From IMG/VR virus record IMGVR_UViG_3300033463_004542, positions 34,092-98,091 of that record: DNA of 64,000 nucleotides, one strand, 5' to 3'. Source of the DNA: a virus. Taxonomy: Duplodnaviria; Caudoviricetes. Below, in pieces: positions 11,101 through 18,361 of the stretch (positions within the stretch are counted from its first letter, which is position 1; each line of letters begins with the position of its first letter). The notes below the pieces were generated by a model. That model was not told where the DNA came from. It searched no databases and saw nothing but the letters and a program-made list of their open reading frames with translations. The translations under genes and the position numbers were made by a program.

Positions 11101-13189
11101 AATCTCCCGATGCCGTAGTCATATTACCTTCTGCATGAGAACGATTACCTGATGCGACAGTGGAACCGCCTTCTGCGTGAGCCGAAGGTCCTGTTGCTTT
11201 TGTATTATCGCCTTCTGCGTGAGATTGAGAATTACTTGCAACAGTTTTATTACCTTCAGCATGGGCACTATCACCTGATGCTTGAGTAGACGTACCTTCT
11301 GCATGAGCTGCTTGGTTAGAGGCTACAGTAACAGTTCCCTCTGAATGGGAATAATGCCCCGTTGCTTGAGTAGATTCACCTTCTGCATGAGCTTGCCACC
11401 CTGAAGCAAGAGTATCACGACCTTCTGCATGGGCGCTGGTATTTGTAGTTGTAGTATCTTCACCTTCTGCATGAGATAGATTCCCAAGAGCTAAACCCGT
11501 ACCCTCAGAATGCGAATGACCGCCTATTGCTTTAGACTGGCCTTCTGCATGGCTTCGATTACCAAAAGCAAGGCTATCTCCACCTTCGGCATGGGCTTGA
11601 TATCCTATAGCATAATTGCTATGATGAGTACTCCAAGCATAATCATTGAAAACTTCACCTAAGTTTCCAAAGTAAGGTGCACCTACTGTGTAATATATAT
11701 AAGCACTACTATCATTTATAGAACTATCGCCGTCTTTAACATATAAGACATCTACTGTTCTCTTATAGATATTAGTAGCAGTACGTCCGTCACCGAAAGA
11801 AATAGGACATTCTACATAATCTTCGGTAGTTAAGCCTTTATATGATTTAAGGACTAAACTAGAATCAGTGATATCTATATACTCATAAGTAGCAGAAATT
11901 GTCGTTCCTACAGAAGGTGCAACTGAGAATACTACATTATTTCCTGACCACTGACCAGAATAATAAGAAGGAGATGTGCTTATTACACCTGGGGTGTAGA
12001 CATCATGGGCAACTGTAAATGTTGTAGTTGTTCCATCTCCAGTAAAAGTTTCAGTAACAGTAACTTTAAATGATTTATCAGGCTTACTTATAAGAACATA
12101 GGCTGTATTAGTATTAGTAGAATCTTGTTTTACAAAGAATGAGGCAGATTCAGTTCCAGTTACAGTTATCTTTCCTAATGAAAATCCCTTACTCCGACCA
12201 GTTGTTCCTCCATTATTAGTATATACATGATTTCCATCTACAACTGTTTGTGTATCTCTCCAAGCATCCTTTCTTTCTGAAGATATGTAATCAGAACTAA
12301 GTCCTGCTTGTAGATAAGTAGGACTTTTCCTACCTACTTCTGCATTGATACTGCGTGCACGGTCGTTAATACCTTGATAATTTATTTCTAGTGGGGTTCC
12401 TTCTGGTACATAATCACGACAAATTACTGTAACTACCTTTGTATCAGAATCATATCGGAAGTCAAAATAAGAACCTCTAGGTGGATTACAAGCTATTCGT
12501 ATAGAATCTGAAGTCGTAGGATAGGATAATTGACATTCAGTATAAGATATTCCGGTGCTTTCGTCATACGCCGCAGTAGTAAAATTCTCAGTTACCGCTG
12601 AACTGAAGTATACACCTACACCCGGGAAGTACTCAATCCCATTATCTGTAGATAGTACACCCGTTTCGCTATTAATATGTAAGCCTTCGCCAACTTTAAT
12701 ACCACCCAATGTATCAGCAGAAGCAATAGGTAAGGTATAATCTCCGGCAATAGAGTAGATGGTACCATCAATACTAACAGTAACTAATGGTGGATATGAG
12801 GGAGTACCTCCGCCACTACTTTGTTCAGGAATTAATTCTGAGCCGGATTCAATAAGAATTATATGACCATCTTCTGTTATTAAAGCACCAGAAGGGTCAG
12901 GCGGATTAGGAATAACTGTTGAGCCGCCAGATAAAGCATAGATTGTATTATCAATCTTAACTTTATTTAATGTTTGAGTAGGTGTTTCAGGCGGATTAGG
13001 ATATACAATTATCTCGTTGATGGCAGGGACAATATATTTTGCTTTTGTGTCTAATTGCACAAAATGAGTAGCAAGTCCGCCATAACGCAATATAGTATCG
13101 ACGTAATTCTTATCGCCGATAGTATTCAAATCAGGTTTAGTTAACTTTTGGGCATTATCAAGAGCAGGTAACTTACGTCTATCTTTCAC
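8165..13189 (-). CDS. Large tail fibre/adhesin with YadA-head-like (S/A)HAEG repeats
   Basis: 1674 aa; more than 40 14-aa HAEG/HVEG repeats; LGGIKVG motif; five C-terminal TG.KIA.I.IDG.TT..Y.P repeats; GTG start. Confidence 0.8.
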   Translation of the reverse strand: MKDRRKLPALDNAQKLTKPDLNTIGDKNYVDTILRYGGLATHFVQLDTKAKYIVPAINEIIVYPNPPETPTQTLNKVKIDNTIYALSGGSTVIPNPPDPSGALITEDGHIILIESGSELIPEQSSGGGTPSYPPLVTVSIDGTIYSIAGDYTLPIASADTLGGIKVGEGLHINSETGVLSTDNGIEYFPGVGVYFSSAVTENFTTAAYDESTGISYTECQLSYPTTSDSIRIACNPPRGSYFDFRYDSDTKVVTVICRDYVPEGTPLEINYQGINDRARSINAEVGRKSPTYLQAGLSSDYISSERKDAWRDTQTVVDGNHVYTNNGGTTGRSKGFSLGKITVTGTESASFFVKQDSTNTNTAYVLISKPDKSFKVTVTETFTGDGTTTTFTVAHDVYTPGVISTSPSYYSGQWSGNNVVFSVAPSVGTTISATYEYIDITDSSLVLKSYKGLTTEDYVECPISFGDGRTATNIYKRTVDVLYVKDGDSSINDSSAYIYYTVGAPYFGNLGEVFNDYAWSTHHSNYAIGYQAHAEGGDSLAFGNRSHAEGQSKAIGGHSHSEGTGLALGNLSHAEGEDTTTTNTSAHAEGRDTLASGWQAHAEGESTQATGHYSHSEGTVTVASNQAAHAEGTSTQASGDSAHAEGNKTVASNSQSHAEGDNTKATGPSAHAEGGSTVASGNRSHAEGNMTTASGDYSHAEGNYTQATNYYAHAEGQSSIASGSDGAHAEGNSTKAIGVASHSEGLYSQAQGTYAHAEGNSTTASGDNSHAEGEHTTASGFDAHAEGQACVASNSYSHAEGQHTTASGQVSHAEGYYTTASGTDAHAEGISTISSGYGSHAEGENTQALQEASHAEGEYTIAASRDQHVFGKYNIADIPPSGGTGHGTYVEIVGNGTSDNARSNVRTLDWNGNEYVAGRITVGLAPLAGMDVATKKYVDDHGGGGGGGLPSIKAGTGIAAELFNQMDEYNESTASGDYSHAEGISTTSSGPGAHAEGHSSIASGLASHAEGTTSFGGPVTASGVGSHAEGSGTIAQGDASHIEGTRGLAYGEATHVEGSGNLGFGRESHAEGSGNVTGGDHGHTEGAGNYNVGYSSHVEGAGNSTLPNSNITHTEGAGNANYGVQAHVEGAGNNLSGEESHVEGAGNKIHGAKTHAEGGGNNIYALGSHVEGKHNDVTGFAVHAEGSHNFLGVSENISPFVFGTTYAVGDIVGPNALYNPDYQNETTRPFIYRCITAPGQIQASNAVQIISPSTWSASTTYVTGDVVKFVVSNAYGQQITRYYYATNDVPTGQSPLENNKWSRITSLLTPFKTTTSNGYYLLNPESESKSGSGNVAKVTGTVAAMWEPIDSIEGTHVEGYYNIAIGNYQHVGGKYNVADANKAVIIGNGEDDGGVVTRSNALTLDWSGNLVIAGDLTTGTTLSTSSQSIAAAINELYSELGSEVSVTQVQSTGTKIAEITIDGTTTDIYSPNGGGGGSTVVVEPVVQSGVNIADITVDGTTSHLYTPNAVGSVTVTQTQQSGTKVAEIDVDGTSTDLYAPTPTSVSIDDTLSTGTKVATITIDGTDTEILVPSAGSSVQVTQIQDTGTHIADIEVDGVTTELYAPNGGGGAVIDDNDIALDKTWSSSKINSELTSLADRIEAIERYLFGIPLITENGDQRITEDGSDRILEQEE

Positions 13190-13202
13190 TTGTTACCTCC
13201 TC

Positions 13203-14309
13203 TCATGTATCCATTGGTTCTCCTGCTTGTGTCATTATTCCATCTACTTTAGGAACAGGAGCGTTATAATGTTGTTCTTTACCCTTGTCAAGAGTATCAA
13301 CAGGAAGATACCCGATTTCGTTGACAATATCTTGTCCAATAGGCTCCCCTTCAGGATGTTCATCTGTAGGAGGTGTCCTATAACTCGCTAAGTCAACTGT
13401 TCTATTATATCTAAGGTTATACTTTGGGTCATTTACATCAACTTCGGTCATTTCATCGACAGTAGGACTTACTCCTAAACTGAATATTGGTTCGCTAAAT
13501 AACGACTTAACAATATGTTCATTATTAGCCATCTGAAGTGAATTCAAGGCCCTGTAACCTGCATTAATTGTAGGCTGAGATTCTGCTTCAGAATTTCTTG
13601 CATATACAGGTTGTCTCTTATCATGAGTATTTATTATTTCAGGAGCAGACTCATGTTTCATTCTCTGCATCCTTGCATAATCATTCCTTGTATAATGGCC
13701 AACTTTTGTAGGGCCGATGATTCCAGTAGCGTCTCCGGCTTTTGCAAGTCTTGCGTCTACTGAAATTCTTGTTAAAGAATCAATCCTAACACCTGCATAC
13801 TGAAAACAATACATTCCAAGCGGCCTAACATATTCAATACAAGTATCTATCGGCTTCTCATCTGTAAAATATATTACATTAATATAGCCCATATCTGTAT
13901 TAGATTCAACATACACTGAGTTATTAGGAATTGAGGTATCTTCTAATCTATCAAAAAGGATATCATTCTCTTCTCCATAGGCATTTATATCTTTTTGTTT
14001 GAGATTAACCTCTGCGGCTAATGTAACTCCAAGGTTACTTCCTTTATACTTTATCATAGACATAAAGTATAACATAACAAAGCGATTAAATGCTTTGCAT
14101 AATCCTGCTCTATCATCATATTTGTATCCCATTGTATCGCCAAGCATCCAAAGTAGATGACTAGGACAACGAAGAGGGTCATATAAATCTGCAGTATTTT
14201 CTATATCAAACTGTAATCTAGTCAAAGCATATTCAAACCACTTTATGAAAAAGCGGAAATCTGCAGAAGATTTGTATATAGAAGGAACTGAGATATCGCT
14301 TATTTTCAT
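13203..14309 (-). CDS. Baseplate wedge protein (P2 gpI / T4 gp7-like)
   Basis: DPLRCP..LL..LG..MGY...KYKGS motif; follows the gp6-like gene. Confidence 0.65.
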   Translation of the reverse strand: MKISDISVPSIYKSSADFRFFIKWFEYALTRLQFDIENTADLYDPLRCPSHLLWMLGDTMGYKYDDRAGLCKAFNRFVMLYFMSMIKYKGSNLGVTLAAEVNLKQKDINAYGEENDILFDRLEDTSIPNNSVYVESNTDMGYINVIYFTDEKPIDTCIEYVRPLGMYCFQYAGVRIDSLTRISVDARLAKAGDATGIIGPTKVGHYTRNDYARMQRMKHESAPEIINTHDKRQPVYARNSEAESQPTINAGYRALNSLQMANNEHIVKSLFSEPIFSLGVSPTVDEMTEVDVNDPKYNLRYNRTVDLASYRTPPTDEHPEGEPIGQDIVNEIGYLPVDTLDKGKEQHYNAPVPKVDGIMTQAGEPMDT

Positions 14310-14319
14310 ATTATATTAA

Positions 14320-14682
14320 TCAGAAGCCTAACTTAGCATTCATTTCTTTCTTAAATTGACGATATTCAGGAACTTCGCTTGACATGCTGATTCCTAAAGA
14401 ATCAATCTGGCCATAATCAAATATTTGACCGGGGTCTTCCATTATATCATCATATGACATATTTGTAGAATTAAGCTCAGCAACCATGTCAGATAAGCTA
14501 TTATAAGATACAAAATCATCTTCAAATGATGTATATCTTACGTAATCGCCTTTAATTCGACACTTTGCTCCGTATTCTTTGCATTCTTTAATTGCAGATT
14601 TAATATCATCGATAGATATCCGACTATTGTCTGAACTTGCTCTTACATAACTTTGAGGATAAACTCTGTTTGTTCTTTTCAT
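14320..14682 (-). CDS. Hypothetical protein with extended leader MKRTNRVYPQSYVRASS
   Basis: AAGGAG RBS; leader shared with 2079..2330. Confidence 0.75.
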   Translation of the reverse strand: MKRTNRVYPQSYVRASSDNSRISIDDIKSAIKECKEYGAKCRIKGDYVRYTSFEDDFVSYNSLSDMVAELNSTNMSYDDIMEDPGQIFDYGQIDSLGISMSSEVPEYRQFKKEMNAKLGF

Positions 14683-14761
14683 GTTTGTGTCTCCTTTATC
14701 TTATTTTTTTTCAAAAATTCTATTGCTTTCTCTAGACTGATATATCACTGATTTTCATAGA

Positions 14762-15076
14762 TTAGTGATTCATATAGATATAATATGTATGAACTTCAGG
14801 GCCCCAATCGGAACCTGTATCTTCTGTTGCATAACTTTCGTTCTTAACAACGCTGAAGTTATCTTTTACAAGCCAATCGGCTCTGATATGGTCATGTTTC
14901 CAATCGCCTTCAATTAAGAATGATATGACAGCAATTTCAGGAATAGGTTCATAACGCTTATAGTTATATAACTCTACATGACTTATTCTATTCTCATTTA
15001 ATAATGCTTCAACATCATCTGCTAATTGAATGATGTCATCCATGCTACCAGAACTTGATTTTATATACTTTTTCAT
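14762..15076 (-). CDS. Hypothetical protein with leader MKKYIKSS
   Basis: Start reassigned to 15076 (GGGTG RBS). Confidence 0.7.
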   Translation of the reverse strand: MKKYIKSSSGSMDDIIQLADDVEALLNENRISHVELYNYKRYEPIPEIAVISFLIEGDWKHDHIRADWLVKDNFSVVKNESYATEDTGSDWGPEVHTYYIYMNH

Positions 15077-15086
15077 AATATCACCC

Positions 15087-15308
15087 TTAAGCAAATGCTA
15101 CATTTATAATTATGCAACTACCAGATGCATAAGCCTCATATACTGCAAAATCTTTAATTGTAAGGTCATCACTCAGAAAGTAATCAGCATCAATTTCATT
15201 GCCTGCATAAAGTTCCCCAACATTTCCCCTAAATAATACGGTTCCATCAAGGGATTTAATGATAATATTATCACTAAGTTGAGATAAGAAATCCACTAAA
15301 TTCATCAT
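15087..15308 (-). CDS. Small hypothetical protein
   Basis: AAGGAG RBS; loosely similar to 17238..17480. Confidence 0.65.
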   Translation of the reverse strand: MMNLVDFLSQLSDNIIIKSLDGTVLFRGNVGELYAGNEIDADYFLSDDLTIKDFAVYEAYASGSCIIINVAFA

Positions 15309-15323
15309 GTTATATTTCTCCTT

Positions 15324-17222
15324 TTATTTTGTTAAACATTCTGGTGCAATTCTTATTGCTTGACCTGCATTATCAGGCTCATTGTATCTTGCAAATGAGA
15401 TGTAATTAAAGCATTCTACATCACAATTACTCCACTTGATTACAGGATTACTAGGGCTACCTGCGTCAAAGTATATTATTCTTTCGTCGCAATTCTGTAT
15501 TACCTTGACAATTTCCATTATTGTAGGCTTGAGATTGAATCCTCTATTAGCCGGAGCAAAGTAAATTGCTAATGCTTCTTTAGCCTTGTTGATAATTGTC
15601 TTGCCAACATCTTCTGTTACAGGCCTATTTGTGAATATCTGACCCACTACATAGAAGTCAAATACTCTACAAGAACTAAATTGCATATCTACAGACATCG
15701 CTTGTAGCGGCCTGAAATCTGCAATTATATTATCGATAAACATTTGCGGTGGCTTATATCTAGTAAATGAAGAATCATTGCTAGTTTGTGCCAAATCAAC
15801 TTGACCTTGTCCCCAAATATCATCCTTGAAGTCATTGTGAATTGCAAAGCAAACTGCTGTGTTTGTTTTAAAATTGACTTCAAAAGGCATACTATTCCTT
15901 TTATAGAGTTGAATCAATTCATCACTAAGGATGTTTCTCCAATCTAAGGACTGTAAGTTTCCTTTTGGGAATTCTCTAGTAGTTATATACATCTTTGACT
16001 TCTGGCTACTAGTTAAGTTCTTGTCTTTGTATATTGCTAAGTTGATTTCAAGCGCCTTTTGACAGTCAATAACTACTCCGCAATCTACTCCGGCTTCCCT
16101 CTTAAGGAAACGAGTATAATCAGGAAGAGTTACAAGACTGTCCCAGGTATTGATTGAATTCCTGCTATTGTGATATGCTTCTTTTGCAGTTTCAGGAGAT
16201 TTACCAGTTACTGCATAAGTATGGGGTAACTCTACTGTATTGGAAAGATTAGAAATCAAAATCTCACTAGGTTCATAAGCAGGATTATTTGTCTTGGCAA
16301 AGATAAGATTTTCTAATACATCAGTACCTACACAACCGATTACACCTGAACAGTCTATCCAATAGATAGTTAACACATATCCCTTATAATTAGATAACTG
16401 ATTAAGGTAATTAGAAATAGTTATATGTGCATTTGAGTAATTGTCATAAGTTACGCAATATCTGGGCTCTGCTGTATTGAACTCTGCAACATTAGCAACC
16501 TGAATCCATTGAGTCTTATCAAAAGACGAGGCAGATAACGAAGTTTTACCTTTAATCCAAACTGCTGTTGTATCAACATGCTGAGAAGGCAATGTTATGA
16601 TATAATTACTTTTAATTACTTCATCAACTGAAATAGAATAACTTCTAAGTTCGCCTTCAATTGCTACTCTAGTTACTGATTTACCTGACTCTAAAGTTAC
16701 TTTATCAGATTCTGCAAATACATCAATATAGTCAGTCAGAACACTTCGTCTGCTTCTACTCTCTGTATCTCCGTAACTACTTGTCATCGGAAGAATGTTG
16801 TAGTTGATAACTCTAGCAGTATTTGTAATATCTGTATAAGCATTAAGTGTGCAGAAGTTTGCTCCATTGAATCCAAAATCAAGATTCATTGTATCTGAAG
16901 TATTATTTGTGAATGTAACTTCTGTTCTTGCTGCTGTATAGAAACCTAAATCATATCCGATAAGGCCAAAAATCTTTTCTGCATCTTTTCTCTGTAAAAC
17001 AGACGGTGCGAAGAGCTCGTTGGCTAGATAATCTTGGTTGACAGACAAACAATCTGCAGCAGAAGCAAGTAATTTGCCTAATACAACACCCGGGTCTGCG
17101 TCAGCTTCCGGCTTCCACACATCAGTGAGTTTCGGAACTAATGCCCAAAACTCTTCCATCAGACTTTGATAATCTCTACTTGCGTAATTAATCAGACCAT
17201 GGTTTGCTTCTGATTCTGCCAT
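15324..17222 (-). CDS. Baseplate wedge protein (T4 gp6 / P2 gpJ-like)
   Basis: NYASRDY, DPGVVL, ANE.F..S, LVT..DY motifs. Confidence 0.85.
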   Translation of the reverse strand: MAESEANHGLINYASRDYQSLMEEFWALVPKLTDVWKPEADADPGVVLGKLLASAADCLSVNQDYLANELFAPSVLQRKDAEKIFGLIGYDLGFYTAARTEVTFTNNTSDTMNLDFGFNGANFCTLNAYTDITNTARVINYNILPMTSSYGDTESRSRRSVLTDYIDVFAESDKVTLESGKSVTRVAIEGELRSYSISVDEVIKSNYIITLPSQHVDTTAVWIKGKTSLSASSFDKTQWIQVANVAEFNTAEPRYCVTYDNYSNAHITISNYLNQLSNYKGYVLTIYWIDCSGVIGCVGTDVLENLIFAKTNNPAYEPSEILISNLSNTVELPHTYAVTGKSPETAKEAYHNSRNSINTWDSLVTLPDYTRFLKREAGVDCGVVIDCQKALEINLAIYKDKNLTSSQKSKMYITTREFPKGNLQSLDWRNILSDELIQLYKRNSMPFEVNFKTNTAVCFAIHNDFKDDIWGQGQVDLAQTSNDSSFTRYKPPQMFIDNIIADFRPLQAMSVDMQFSSCRVFDFYVVGQIFTNRPVTEDVGKTIINKAKEALAIYFAPANRGFNLKPTIMEIVKVIQNCDERIIYFDAGSPSNPVIKWSNCDVECFNYISFARYNEPDNAGQAIRIAPECLTK

Positions 17223-17237
17223 CTATATTTCTCCTAA

Positions 17238-17480
17238 TTAGAATTCGTCATCGAAATCTTCTTCACTCTCATCATAGAAATTATTGGAGGTTTCTACATT
17301 AAGAGTTATTTCCCAAGCCTTCTCGGGTGGGTCAATAGACATAACTTCTAAATCGCCAACATCCTCATAAAAGACATCACTTGCAGAACCTTTGTAGATT
17401 TCAGTCTCTGTAGTAAGGTCATAAAGTATCAAAGTGAAGCCATCATCAGTAAAAGTTTCAATAATATCTGATACCGTCAT
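17238..17480 (-). CDS. Small acidic hypothetical protein
   Basis: RBS and upstream AACCTT motif. Confidence 0.65.
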   Translation of the reverse strand: MTVSDIIETFTDDGFTLILYDLTTETEIYKGSASDVFYEDVGDLEVMSIDPPEKAWEITLNVETSNNFYDESEEDFDDEF

Positions 17481-17515
17481 AATAAGAATCTCCTTTATGA
17501 TTGTATAATTGATAC

Positions 17516-17521
17516 AAGGTT
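17516..17521 (-). promoter_or_regulatory. Putative late promoter AACCTTGTAT
   Basis: Recurrent intergenic motif. Confidence 0.6.
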
Positions 17522-17984
17522 ATTTATCTGAAATTATCCACCCTTGAGCAGATATTGTCAGTTTATTTTGAGTAGCAGGAGTAGAATTCAAATCTAAGGT
17601 AACTTGCTTTCCAAATGTTGTCTGCATTGCTACTGTCATATTGATTTCATTTGCATTTGTAGCAGAATCTGCTGCATTTGTATCTCCTGTAAATAAAAGA
17701 CCATCTGTAAACTGTGTCTGGTCAGCATAGACATCAGGCTCGTGTAATCTTAATTGATTTACGATTCTGTCCTTAATCAATGCTCTTTCATTTTCAGTAT
17801 TATATTTCCATAAATGGCGCTTCAATCCAACACCAAAATCAGGATTATTATACAATTCTGCAGGCTCAGTTAAAATCAAGAGCCTAGAACGAGTTGTCAC
17901 TGACTTTAAATCCTCGTCTACGGCAACCTGATTGCTTATGAGGTTGAACATATTAGGAAATGATAACGAGGTTGTTTCTGCCAT
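17520..17984 (-). CDS. Baseplate wedge protein gp25/gpW-like
   Basis: LLILT.P.EL...PDFGVGL...L...HEP motif. Confidence 0.85.
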   Translation of the reverse strand: MAETTSLSFPNMFNLISNQVAVDEDLKSVTTRSRLLILTEPAELYNNPDFGVGLKRHLWKYNTENERALIKDRIVNQLRLHEPDVYADQTQFTDGLLFTGDTNAADSATNANEINMTVAMQTTFGKQVTLDLNSTPATQNKLTISAQGWIISDK

Positions 17985-18015
17985 ATATTAATCTCCTGAA
18001 TTTATTTAATGATAA

Positions 18016-18021
18016 AAGGTT
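18016..18021 (-). promoter_or_regulatory. Putative late promoter AACCTTTTAT
   Basis: Recurrent intergenic motif. Confidence 0.6.
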
Positions 18022-18028
18022 GTAATTC

Positions 18029-18319
18029 TCATATATCAGAATTGTTTGTATATGAACCGCCTGTAAGGCCAAGTATTAAGAAAGAAGATGAAGTACTATC
18101 TAAACTAGATATTGCAACTACATCTCCTGCCTTCGGCAGGTACGGAAGTACTAAAGAAGGATACCAAGGAAGGTCTTCGTCTCTAGTATAATTTCTAACG
18201 GTCTTGCCCTTTGCATCTGATATGCGATAAGGCCCATGAATATTCGGAATTCTAGTTTGAACCATCAAACTACCGTCTCCTGAATATTTTGTCGCTTTAA
18301 CATAACCAAAAATTATCAT
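18029..18319 (-). CDS. Baseplate spike, gp5/gpV N-terminal OB-fold only
   Basis: VQTRIP.IHG...DLPW...P..GD.V motif. Confidence 0.7.
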   Translation of the reverse strand: MIIFGYVKATKYSGDGSLMVQTRIPNIHGPYRISDAKGKTVRNYTRDEDLPWYPSLVLPYLPKAGDVVAISSLDSTSSSFLILGLTGGSYTNNSDI

Positions 18320-18354
18320 AATCTAGTATCCTATCCTATTTATATGATGTATGA

Positions 18355-18360
18355 AAGGTT
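18355..18360 (-). promoter_or_regulatory. Putative late promoter AACCTTTCAT
   Basis: Recurrent intergenic motif. Confidence 0.6.
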
Positions 18361-18361
18361 A

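Noticed and set aside
9620-11610. CRISPR-like array (42-bp periodic CCTTCTGCATG repeats)
   Set aside because: These are coding HAEG repeats with synonymous variation inside the fibre ORF
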